The notes below the pieces were generated by a model. That model made no database searches. It was not told where the DNA came from and was given only the letters and a program-made list of their open reading frames with translations. Below are positions 47,743 to 56,300 of a DNA stretch of 64,000 bases, piece by piece (the stretch's first letter is position 1; each line of letters begins with the position of its first letter). Source of the stretch: a virus; IMG/VR virus record IMGVR_UViG_3300009175_000013, positions 10,638 through 74,637 of that record; one strand, given 5' to 3'. The translations under genes and the position numbers were made by a program.

Positions 47743-48158
47743 TTACTTCTCCAGGCGCGGTCTTCACTCTGCACTTGGCAAGGATCAGCCGCGAACGCAT
47801 CGCAATTAGCATTGATCAAAGCCTCCTCATCCTCGGTGGCACCACGCGCCAAACCCCGGATAATTGAATAGTAATCCGTGAGAGGAGCGCAAGGGCAAGT
47901 TTGGTCCACCGCCGGAAGGACCAGTAGCCTTCTATTTCCTGTGAATCCCATGTTGGGGAGAAGCTCAATATATGAGCCTGGGATAGCCTCAAGGATATCG
48001 TTCACATCAGCGATTGATCCCTTGCATAAGCCTTGTAGGCGGATTTGGTTATCCATGGTCACGGAGGTAATGGTGGTCGAAGGCTCACACCCTGGAACTA
48101 AAATGCTACCACCATTCGGGCTTTGAATGACGTTGAACTTAATGCTCTTAGTGATCAT
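47739..48158 (-). CDS. hypothetical protein
   Basis: 139-aa ORF within the operon. Confidence 0.65.
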   Translation of the reverse strand: MITKSIKFNVIQSPNGGSILVPGCEPSTTITSVTMDNQIRLQGLCKGSIADVNDILEAIPGSYIELLPNMGFTGNRRLLVLPAVDQTCPCAPLTDYYSIIRGLARGATEDEEALINANCDAFAADPCQVQSEDRAWRSK

Positions 48159-48159
48159 A

Positions 48160-48921
48160 TTAGTACCGGTAAATCATGCTGGCATAGGGGTCATCTGACA
48201 ACAGTAGGGCTTTCTCGTAAACCTCTTTCTGCAGCTCATACCCCTTAGTCTTCATGGCATCACCATCCAGTGTCAGAGAGCCACCATCTGGACTTGGGAT
48301 GCCACCGAACTTCCCACGGGCGTTGCCGAGCATGATCATGGTCTCGGCTAGCATAAGATCATACACTAGCAGTTTGTTGGCCGGCGTACGCCATGTTGAG
48401 ATCGCTGGGATATAGATCACGAAGACTGGAAACGATCCCTTGGGCGTGGGATATAGCCGGATCTTATTGTCGCCCAAACACTCCCAGTGACCCTCATTAC
48501 CCAAAATGCGTTGGCTGAACCGGCGATATTGTTGCAGTAGTGTGTAGTCAGTAAGGATGGTCTGGATGCCAGTGATGTTTCCAATGTTTGCTGCGATAGA
48601 CTTGGGGATACCGAGTCTTCGCCGATTTTTGTCCATTAAATCAGAATGCGGTGGAACCGAACCACAAGATCGCAGGCACGCTTCTTCCCATGATTTCCCA
48701 TGGTTAGCATCACCAGAAATAAAGTGGGCCATTTCGTCAGCCACAACATCGCCGGCGGCAGCAGTACAAAATTTATATTGTGATAAGAATATCTCCCCCG
48801 TGTTTAAGTCAGTAAACGCTCCCACATTTGCAATTGGAGCGAGCCTTATTTTTAGATTTCGGTATAAATTTGCATTTGTAGTAACATCCTGCTCTCTGGG
48901 AATAGGCATAGTGGTGTTCAT
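48160..48921 (-). CDS. SprT-like domain fused to the C-terminal half of neck protein gp13
   Basis: DEMAH...HGKSW in residues 1-111; then KIRLYPTP and LGNARGKFGGIPSPDGGSLTLDGD, typical of the gp13 C-half; GAGGT SD. Confidence 0.8.
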   Translation of the reverse strand: MNTTMPIPREQDVTTNANLYRNLKIRLAPIANVGAFTDLNTGEIFLSQYKFCTAAAGDVVADEMAHFISGDANHGKSWEEACLRSCGSVPPHSDLMDKNRRRLGIPKSIAANIGNITGIQTILTDYTLLQQYRRFSQRILGNEGHWECLGDNKIRLYPTPKGSFPVFVIYIPAISTWRTPANKLLVYDLMLAETMIMLGNARGKFGGIPSPDGGSLTLDGDAMKTKGYELQKEVYEKALLLSDDPYASMIYRY

Positions 48922-49786
48922 GCGATACCTCGCTGAGTTCTTCTTTACTTTTGAACCATAATGTATAAGTTGTCTCTGGCTTAAGAGCTACCGGATTAAC
49001 AAACTCAATCATGTTGGCATTAAACCCACCCAAGAATAATTCGTACCCAGCTTCACGCTCTTGTGCTGTCACTCCACGAAATTTTGCCCCAGCGTTTTTT
49101 GCAGCTTGAGATGCGTATAGATATTTATCTAGTGGTATCATGTTTTCGGCTGGTTTGACTTCAATCCAACAATCTCCATTCGGTGATTGCACCGAAAAGT
49201 CCACAAAATACGTTCTTTGTTTGCCAGTTAACCTGTCAGCATATGGCACTCTAATTAGCTCATAGTCCCAATTCTCAACAGATGTGTCGCTATCGAGTAG
49301 CAAAGCATAAGATAGCTCGTGAAGCGACTTGAAAAGATGAGGTCCATATCCATATCGTGACTTAGCTTTGTTGATTTTCTTGATGGTTTCTGGATTACAC
49401 CCTGGGTGCCTATAACCAGTCTTCAACAAATACCTAAGCTGCATAGCCGCCGCCGCATGCTTGGGAGGCTTCTTTAGACCATATTTTCGAATTTTAGACC
49501 GGACAGTGTTAAAATGCAACCCCAACGATTCGGCTATGGTCTTTGCGTCTTTGTTCGCAATCAAGTATTCATTATATAAATATTTAGGGGTTAGAACTGA
49601 TGTGTCTTTTCTGGTTTTAATAAACTCGGCATAGGCTATAGAGCTGTGGTTATGAAGCGAGGTATCAACACCCAACTCCTTTAACTTACGTTTAACTGTT
49701 ATTGGTGCACAACCGAATTCGCTTGCGCATTGCTTTAAAGTATGAGATGTGAAATACGCAACAAGTCGTGAGCAATCAATATTCAT
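48809..49786 (-). CDS. PD-(D/E)XK (TnsA-N/gp4-like) endonuclease with N-terminal HTH repeats
   Basis: FKSLHE...LD...WDYE..RVPY...RTYFVDF...IEVKP; AT-rich. Confidence 0.82.
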   Translation of the reverse strand: MNIDCSRLVAYFTSHTLKQCASEFGCAPITVKRKLKELGVDTSLHNHSSIAYAEFIKTRKDTSVLTPKYLYNEYLIANKDAKTIAESLGLHFNTVRSKIRKYGLKKPPKHAAAAMQLRYLLKTGYRHPGCNPETIKKINKAKSRYGYGPHLFKSLHELSYALLLDSDTSVENWDYELIRVPYADRLTGKQRTYFVDFSVQSPNGDCWIEVKPAENMIPLDKYLYASQAAKNAGAKFRGVTAQEREAGYELFLGGFNANMIEFVNPVALKPETTYTLWFKSKEELSEVSHEHHYAYSQRAGCYYKCKFIPKSKNKARSNCKCGSVY

Positions 49787-49822
49787 ATACTATGTTTGAT
49801 TGCCCATTGTGTTATTAATATA

Positions 49823-50536
49823 TTAATGCACCAGTATCGGCTGGCCACCATGGCATCCGTAAAAACAATGTGCACCAACCACATATATTGTTGTGGTCGG
49901 CCCAAACCCAGCGGCCTTAACGTTTAAAATCTTGTTCTTGCAACCAACACCAATCGCCTCCCCAGTCACCGCTTTGGCTTCAACCCAATCATTGATCATG
50001 TCGTCGATACCATTGATTTTGATTGGGTGGTTCGGAGTGCACTTTAGCAGGCCACCCTCGTACACAACCTCAACCAGTTCTTGGTCTTGTTCGTGACGTT
50101 CTAAGATTAATTTGCGAGGTCCATATGGCGTTTTGGCTTTGAATTCGGGCTTCCACTCAGCCAAGTCCACAAGCACCCCATCGTCACGCAAAACCATCAT
50201 CCCATCAGCAAAACAGAACAAGAAGCTCTCGGCCCCGAACACGTCGCCAATATTGGTTGAAACTGGATCCCAAGCCACTTCTTGGACCCAGTAGGCATCA
50301 TTGGGGAGTGGGTAGGTACTCACCAACGGGGTGCTGTAGAAAACGGCGAAACGCTGCTCTTTGGAGAGATAGTGGGCGATGAAGTTGCCCGTGGTCTTGA
50401 GCACGGTCTCCCACTGGTCTTCGCTGACTTCTACTTCTACGGAGGATAGACCTAATTTGGATAGGACATACTTTTTGATTGGTTCGCTGTCAACCTTCAA
50501 AACGTACGGCAGTTCAGACGGTCCCAGAATAGCCAT
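49823..50536 (-). CDS. N-terminal half of neck protein gp13 fused to a Hint domain
   Basis: KKYVLSKLG...VEVEVSEDQ (gp13 N-terminus); GGAGGT SD; Hint domain from residue 108. Confidence 0.85.
   Translation of the reverse strand: MAILGPSELPYVLKVDSEPIKKYVLSKLGLSSVEVEVSEDQWETVLKTTGNFIAHYLSKEQRFAVFYSTPLVSTYPLPNDAYWVQEVAWDPVSTNIGDVFGAESFLFCFADGMMVLRDDGVLVDLAEWKPEFKAKTPYGPRKLILERHEQDQELVEVVYEGGLLKCTPNHPIKINGIDDMINDWVEAKAVTGEAIGVGCKNKILNVKAAGFGPTTTIYVVGAHCFYGCHGGQPILVH
49826..50215 (-). mobile_element. intein-like Hint domain (130 aa) lacking the terminal Asn
   Basis: F|CFADG (block A), KCTPNHPI (block B), TTIYVVGAHCFY (block F), ILVH-stop (block G). Confidence 0.85.
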
Positions 50537-50590
50537 AGTTACCTCCGCTTTATGTTTGCAACGCGAAACTCAGCGGCTAGGCTGACCGGA

Positions 50591-51136
50591 TTATAAGGGG
50601 AAGTGCATCCCGCCGTGCCCGTAGATGACCCCGCCGACATCCATCTTGATCGTCTGCACGTCCACAGAAGTAATGGCCGCTTCAAGCGATGTCTTCAGGG
50701 CTTTGCACGCAGCAGCGTTAGCAGCACTCGGCATGGTGTCAGTACTATACCCCTTTGGCCCAGATGCGGGACCCTTCCAAACTTTCCCCACACTAATTAA
50801 TGTCTTTTCGCCGTAGGGCACCGCGGCGCTGTCGTCATCGTAGAATCCCACTACGGTCACAGTGTCAGGAAATTCGCCCATTTGCGGCTTAACCGAGACA
50901 GCATTAACGGTGCTCGCCAGAGAATCAGCATCTACTGCCAACCCCCAATGTACTGCCCCACCAGGCGCTGCCATATTGATGCCAGGGCCAGTGCCAGACT
51001 CATTTTCGAGTGTGGTATAGAGATCGCCCCAGATGAGGTGGGCAATCCGCTCGCGGCTGCGCACGATCTCAAACCGTTTCCCGCTACCCCGTTCCGGTAC
51101 GATCTTGAAATAAGCCACGAATGGGATTCTATTCAT
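50591..51136 (-). CDS. hypothetical (probably structural) protein
   Basis: GGAG SD and upstream CAAATATA motif. Confidence 0.7.
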   Translation of the reverse strand: MNRIPFVAYFKIVPERGSGKRFEIVRSRERIAHLIWGDLYTTLENESGTGPGINMAAPGGAVHWGLAVDADSLASTVNAVSVKPQMGEFPDTVTVVGFYDDDSAAVPYGEKTLISVGKVWKGPASGPKGYSTDTMPSAANAAACKALKTSLEAAITSVDVQTIKMDVGGVIYGHGGMHFPL

Positions 51137-51174
51137 GTTTCGTCTCCAGTACAATATATTTGCATAATCCCATA

Positions 51175-51402
51175 TTAGGCGTTCTCGATGGGAGGATCCA
51201 GCGGGGGAGCGTCGGCGGCTTCTTGGAACAGATCGCCACCGACACTATTTGGCTGCTCTTCTACGAACTTGTCTGCACCCACTTCAAAAATAGTGACCTT
51301 ACCAAAGGTGGCTGGATCATTGGGGCCAACCATAGCCGATAGGTCTTTCTGAGCTGCAACATCCACAGTAACTGGAAGGCCACGGTTTCTGCATCTTGAC
51401 AT
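51175..51402 (-). CDS. 75-aa paralog of the C-half of the upstream protein
   Basis: RGLPVTV...QKDL.AMVG...GADKFV.EQ..SVGGDLF; GAGGT SD and CAAAAATA motif. Confidence 0.7.
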   Translation of the reverse strand: MSRCRNRGLPVTVDVAAQKDLSAMVGPNDPATFGKVTIFEVGADKFVEEQPNSVGGDLFQEAADAPPLDPPIENA

Positions 51403-51443
51403 ATTGCACCTCTGATGATATTTTTGCATAATCCCCAGATACA

Positions 51444-51471
51444 CCAGTGGCCCGGAATTCCGGGCCACTGG
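51444..51471. repeat. perfect 28-bp palindrome
   Basis: ccagtggcccggaattccgggccactgg. Confidence 0.9.
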
Positions 51472-51499
51472 CTGGGGTGTTTCTGAAAAGCCTGCTTGG

Positions 51500-51928
51500 T
51501 TAGGCGTTTTCGACTGGCGGAACGATTGGGGCTGCAGCGGAGGCTTCGGCGAAGAGGTCGCCGCCCACGCTGGCCGCCTGTTCCTGGACGAACTTGTCGG
51601 CACCAATCTGGAAGGTCTCGACCACGCCGACCAGAGTCGGGGCGTTGAGGCCAACCATCGCCTTCAAATCCTTCTGCGCCTGGAGGCCAACGGTGACCGG
51701 CAAGCCACGGGTAGCTCCCGCGCTGGCATGGCCCATGAACGGGCTGAAATCGGTCACAGTGGTAGTCCGGCCATTGTACTGGGTCCGGAATTCCGACCCT
51801 GGGACAACCAGGATCAGCTTACGCAGATGTCCGGTGAGGTTCTTGATCGAGTCGCCGCGGAGGTACTCACGCTGCGAACGAACGGTGCGGAAAATGTGAA
51901 TTGCTGTGTTTAGGGGTTGGTCTGCCAT
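51500..51928 (-). CDS. hypothetical (probably structural) protein
   Basis: AAGGAG SD and CAAAAGTA motif; codon bias resembles the capsid gene. Confidence 0.75.
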   Translation of the reverse strand: MADQPLNTAIHIFRTVRSQREYLRGDSIKNLTGHLRKLILVVPGSEFRTQYNGRTTTVTDFSPFMGHASAGATRGLPVTVGLQAQKDLKAMVGLNAPTLVGVVETFQIGADKFVQEQAASVGGDLFAEASAAAPIVPPVENA

Positions 51929-52034
51929 GATCTTGCTCCTTTACTCAGGCATGTCCTTTACTCAGGAAACACTCCATAAATACTTTTGCCCGAAACCCGT
52001 ACTCTTGCAGTATTTAACCCAGCACGGAGGACCT

Positions 52035-53405
52035 ATGCACGACACATACCAGTCACCCCTAGTCACCCGCACCGCATCTACAGAAATGTCCCACATCTGG
52101 AGCGACAATAACAAATTCAAATTATGGCGTGGACTATGGTACGAGCTAGCCGCCGCTCAAGCCGCCCTCGGGATTCCCATTACCCCAGCTCAATTGGCAG
52201 AGCTCGCAAAGGCCATCAATATCCCCATTAACCACGCCAAGGCTGCAGAGTACGAAGCCAAAACCAACCACGATGTCATGGCCCACATTAAACTGCTCGG
52301 AGACGACGCCCCCTCTGCGGCTGGCATTATCCATTTGGGTTCGACCAGCCAATTCGTAGTCGACAACGCCGACTCGATCAGAATCAGATCATCCATCCAA
52401 CTTATATTATCTAAACTGCGCAGCCTAGTCATATCAGTAGGCACCTTCGCCCAAGAACACCGCAGCGTCGCCACTTTGGCCTTGACCCATTTCCAGCCAG
52501 CCACGCCGACCACAGTCGGACGCAGAGCCGCATCGTGGTCATATGGTCTATACCTAGTTTACACTGAACTGCTCGCCAAATTCCAAAACTTGCGAGCACT
52601 CGGAGCTAAAGGCGCGACCGGGACACAAGCCTCCTTTCTTGAACTATTCAGCGGGGATAAGGAAAAGGTTGATGAACTCGACCGGCGTGTCTGCCGGGCG
52701 ATCGGTTTCGATGAAATCTACATGCTCAGTGGCCAAACCTATCCTAGAGTAGATGATAGCGTTCTTACCTGCCTGATCGCAAATTTGGCCGCCGAATGCC
52801 AGAAAATCACCACCGACATTCGGCTCCTCAGTGGTAAGGGAGAGATGGCCGAGTCCTTTTCTAAGGATCAGGTGGGCTCGTCCGCAATGCCCTATAAGAA
52901 GAACCCGCTCACGTGTGAACGTGTCTGCGGCCTATCCAAATTCATCATCGGCCTAGCAACTTCCTCTCTCTTGGTTACAAGCGAGCAATGGCTTGAACGC
53001 ACCCTCGATGACTCCAGTGCCAGGAGATTAATCCTTCCAGAAGCCTTCCTCGCAATCGACGGCATCCTCGAGTCTATGAATAAGATCTTCAAAGGTCTAG
53101 TCATCAACAAACGCGTAATTCAAGCACACCTGATGGATGAAATCGGATTCCTGGTCACTGAGAAAGTGCTAATGATCGCCTGCAAACACGGAGCTGACCG
53201 CCAGAAAGTACATGAGGCCATCAAGCAATGCGCCCTAAGCTGCCAAGGCGACACCTTCCTCCGGGAATTGCAAAAATTGCCAGAATTGGCCAGCATCGAT
53301 ATCGCCAAAGAATGCGCCGCCAGCAGTCTAATCGGCCTAGCCGAGGAGCAGACCATAAGATATTACTCATTGGTTATTACTCAATTGGAAGGGATCAAGA
53401 TTTAA
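52035..53405 (+). CDS. purB: adenylosuccinate lyase
   Basis: HDVMAH, IIHLGSTS, THFQPA, signature GSSAMPYKKNP; GGAGG SD. Confidence 0.95.
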   Translation: MHDTYQSPLVTRTASTEMSHIWSDNNKFKLWRGLWYELAAAQAALGIPITPAQLAELAKAINIPINHAKAAEYEAKTNHDVMAHIKLLGDDAPSAAGIIHLGSTSQFVVDNADSIRIRSSIQLILSKLRSLVISVGTFAQEHRSVATLALTHFQPATPTTVGRRAASWSYGLYLVYTELLAKFQNLRALGAKGATGTQASFLELFSGDKEKVDELDRRVCRAIGFDEIYMLSGQTYPRVDDSVLTCLIANLAAECQKITTDIRLLSGKGEMAESFSKDQVGSSAMPYKKNPLTCERVCGLSKFIIGLATSSLLVTSEQWLERTLDDSSARRLILPEAFLAIDGILESMNKIFKGLVINKRVIQAHLMDEIGFLVTEKVLMIACKHGADRQKVHEAIKQCALSCQGDTFLRELQKLPELASIDIAKECAASSLIGLAEEQTIRYYSLVITQLEGIKI

Positions 53406-54198
53406 GGCAGGCCTTAACCCACTCGATTAATGCTTCCGGTGTGCTAGTCTCGCGGAATAGTGTTTTAGCATTCTGCCCAATCTGGATACAAGCCTCTCGG
53501 TTGCGGCGGCACCATTCCACCTTCTCTACCACATCTGAATAATCTGGCCTACACTCGACATAATGTACACCAGGCTCGATCTTCTTCCAATAAGGCAGAA
53601 CAGTAATAAGACGCGGCGAAATAGTGCAGCACCCAAACCCCATATATTGAGCCTGGCCACGATCCAACATATCGTTGCGTGCTCCCGGAGCGAAAACATG
53701 CACCAGAGCTTGGTTGATCATTCCCCAATAGGCAGACTGGCTCATAAGTGTGGTAATGGCTTGCGACCCATATCGAGCTTTTAGGAGGCCTTGTAGCTTA
53801 ATTCTCCGCTCCTTAGCCCCACAGTATGGCCGCTGCATGGACAGAACCTGTCCGTCGCCCCGATAGCTGATGGAATTGGATAGTGAATAATACTGAGGCC
53901 AGTCATAGAAACTTACTGGTGAGAAGGGAAATAATTTCCCGGTGCGTTGGTGGACGCCTTCCGAGAAATGGAACTTAAAACACGGCTCTGGATACTCACC
54001 AGTTGGCAAAAGATCCCAGCAATCGAAGAGGATTTTCACACCATCGATCCATACCGCGTAGGTGCACATGCCGACGGTCGAGTCGCCTATAAACTCAATA
54101 GTATACCCAAGATGCTTAAAAATATCCAACAGATACTTAGGATGGATCTGGTAGTATTTGGCCGGCGTGGTGGCCCTAGGGAATCTTATGGCCGGCAT
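53395..54198 (-). CDS. glycosyltransferase (GT-B, CAP10/GT90-like C-terminus)
   Basis: PGVHYVECRPDYSDVVEKVEWC...IGQNAK. Confidence 0.7.
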   Translation of the reverse strand: MPAIRFPRATTPAKYYQIHPKYLLDIFKHLGYTIEFIGDSTVGMCTYAVWIDGVKILFDCWDLLPTGEYPEPCFKFHFSEGVHQRTGKLFPFSPVSFYDWPQYYSLSNSISYRGDGQVLSMQRPYCGAKERRIKLQGLLKARYGSQAITTLMSQSAYWGMINQALVHVFAPGARNDMLDRGQAQYMGFGCCTISPRLITVLPYWKKIEPGVHYVECRPDYSDVVEKVEWCRRNREACIQIGQNAKTLFRETSTPEALIEWVKACLKS

Positions 54199-54835
54199 GC
54201 TGCACCAGATTCTTAATATGTTGCTTGCCCATGGGACCAGTCCAATGCATCACCAGCGCAGTAGGGTCATCGCCGGCAATCCGCAGCCTATTATATTGTT
54301 GCGGCAAAGTTGTCACTATCGCTTTAGATCTTGCCAATAGAGCCGCTAAGGCCTCCTGGTCACCTCGCTCCGCAGTATTTAGGCACTCTGCCGCCCACGA
54401 CTCGACCAGCGGCTCACCATGCTTCGCTACGATCACCCCACTATTAAACGATCCTTTGGCCCAGCGGTTAAAAGGATCAGGCACAGCCGCCATTCCTGTA
54501 GCGTACTCAAACAGCGGGTCCAATGGGCCACGAATTTCGCAGTCAGTATCCAACCAAATGATACGCTCAAACTTAGCCAATAGAATGGCGCTGGGCTTCT
54601 TGAACCAGTTCAGCCGCATCGGGAAATCAATGCTGGCCACTTCGGCAATCCCGCTACACCACTTGCGCATACGTGCCGACATGCCGAAATCCGCAATCAA
54701 TAGCGGGTGTCGGTTGTGTTTGTGATAGTTAAACCACCACCACGGCAGCATCCACTCATGGCTGGAATCGCATCCAGTTACTATGCCAGATTGACCATTG
54801 CTTGGATGAACCCATTTAATTATTGGTGCGGCCAT
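54176..54835 (-). CDS. glycosyltransferase (GT-A)
   Basis: WFKKP, IIWLDTDC (DxD), FNSGV, GDQEAL, HWTG. Confidence 0.8.
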   Translation of the reverse strand: MAAPIIKWVHPSNGQSGIVTGCDSSHEWMLPWWWFNYHKHNRHPLLIADFGMSARMRKWCSGIAEVASIDFPMRLNWFKKPSAILLAKFERIIWLDTDCEIRGPLDPLFEYATGMAAVPDPFNRWAKGSFNSGVIVAKHGEPLVESWAAECLNTAERGDQEALAALLARSKAIVTTLPQQYNRLRIAGDDPTALVMHWTGPMGKQHIKNLVQHAGHKIP

Positions 54836-55353
54836 AATCTTTTTGCCATCCCTGGAATAGACGCCCGCCATTCGTCCACGGAATTATTGCGAACTACCAC
54901 TATGGCGGCACATGATTTTTGATATGACTTGATGGCGTCACCTATTTTCCCAGCATACTTCTTAATGATCTCGGCATTACCCAGCCTGCTGGCACAAATG
55001 CTCTCTGGCGTGGCGATCCAAATAGCTACGACCTTGTGCTGCTTGGCCTTGGCCACCCCGATCATTGTATTGAGGCTATTGGGACTAGTCCCGCAAGTAT
55101 CCAAAACCACAGCGTCGTCAGTCGCCAAGCTGGGCAATAGGCCGGTCACCTTCTCAAGAGCATGCTCCCACGCCGCGATCTGATATTCAGTGCGTTCCTG
55201 GGCGGGCAGCTTCTCAATATTGGGTGGGTACCAGTCACTGGGCCTAACCACCACCATGCTCTTGAAGCCCAACTCAGTATGCTGCTGGAACATCAAATCA
55301 ACAAAGGTCGATTTGCCAGATTTAGGGAAACCAACCATAACAATCAAACACAT
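54820..55353 (-). CDS. P-loop kinase (AAA_33/PNK-like)
   Basis: MVGFPKSGKST, VVLDT, ICASR. Confidence 0.8.
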   Translation of the reverse strand: MCLIVMVGFPKSGKSTFVDLMFQQHTELGFKSMVVVRPSDWYPPNIEKLPAQERTEYQIAAWEHALEKVTGLLPSLATDDAVVLDTCGTSPNSLNTMIGVAKAKQHKVVAIWIATPESICASRLGNAEIIKKYAGKIGDAIKSYQKSCAAIVVVRNNSVDEWRASIPGMAKRLWPHQ

Positions 55354-56300
55354 TTTATGCCCCACTTTCTGGCCATTAAATGGTATTTACATTTCAATAA
55401 TAGCCGCAATAGTTTATGGGCATCATTGCCACAAATAGCATATCCATATTTTCGGCCGCGCCCAGTTACAGCCCTTCTTTTAAAACCAAGCCCGCACAGC
55501 CGATCTCTAATCCACCCAATAAATTGGCTTGATCCGGAGCACAATCTAATCCTCATCACATGATATTGCCGACCTTTACTTTTAATGGTTCTTATGTCAA
55601 CATTGCCATCACCTTCAATTATGCCAACATATAATTGGCAGAACTGCCGATCGGACAGCGCATCAAGTCGATTGGTCGGCTTAAGTTTAAGCGATTTGCG
55701 GGGCACAAACCCCCACTCACCTAACACAGAAGCGTTGTCTCTATCAATCGATATTATTAATTCATCAAGCTTCTTTCTCTTGCTCGAATAGATTTTGGCT
55801 GTAGGTTGGATTATATCCCTAAAGAATTCGAGCACATACCTATCATTCCTATGGATTGATAATTTAATATCAATCCCACGATCTCTCATGCCATAATGCT
55901 TATATCTAATGCATCCATCTGTCAGCATCCATCCGAGCCAATATAGAAATAAAGCATTTGTTTTCTTAATGAAGCCCCAATTTCTCGCCACCTTATCTTG
56001 CGGCCTCAACAATTTACATCCACTGCGCCGCAATAAGGCCTGCATCCCATTCGGCTTATAGCCGTATTCTTTAGCTAACTGCCTAGCAGATACCCCATCG
56101 TTACATTTTTGAACAATTTTAGACACCAAATTTGGGCTTAGTCTCACCAGCGATTGTGCTGATGTACGCGGGTGCCCATATTTTTTAATAGTTCTATACA
56201 CCGTTGCTGGGTGTATCGACAATGCCCTAGCTATCTTCTCATACGATAATCGTTGAGTTTCATATAGCTCGAATAATTTTTGGCGTACTTCTGGCTTCAT
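55344..56300 (-). CDS. LAGLIDADG homing endonuclease with N-terminal HTH
   Basis: YWLGWMLTDGCI, YVGIIEGDG. Confidence 0.88.
   Translation of the reverse strand: MKPEVRQKLFELYETQRLSYEKIARALSIHPATVYRTIKKYGHPRTSAQSLVRLSPNLVSKIVQKCNDGVSARQLAKEYGYKPNGMQALLRRSGCKLLRPQDKVARNWGFIKKTNALFLYWLGWMLTDGCIRYKHYGMRDRGIDIKLSIHRNDRYVLEFFRDIIQPTAKIYSSKRKKLDELIISIDRDNASVLGEWGFVPRKSLKLKPTNRLDALSDRQFCQLYVGIIEGDGNVDIRTIKSKGRQYHVMRIRLCSGSSQFIGWIRDRLCGLGFKRRAVTGRGRKYGYAICGNDAHKLLRLLLKCKYHLMARKWGIKCV

Noticed and set aside
48589-49825. Group I or II intron explaining the gp13 interruption
   Set aside because: The insert begins U|UAA like some phage group I introns. However, the region is almost fully coding, I found no P7 or domain V motifs, and no terminal G gives an HN-C/S/T junction. 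RT-PCR is still needed to exclude it.
49823-49825. Alternative genetic code or stop readthrough
   Set aside because: TAA, TAG and TGA all terminate full-length genes in this window, and readthrough would hit TAG 11 codons later.
48586-49828. Ribosomal bypassing (T4 gene 60-type hop)
   Set aside because: The gap is about 1.2 kb and there is no matching in-frame CAT landing codon before AAC.
51175-51928. DGR template/variable repeat pair
   Set aside because: Differences are not adenine-specific and no reverse transcriptase is present in the window.
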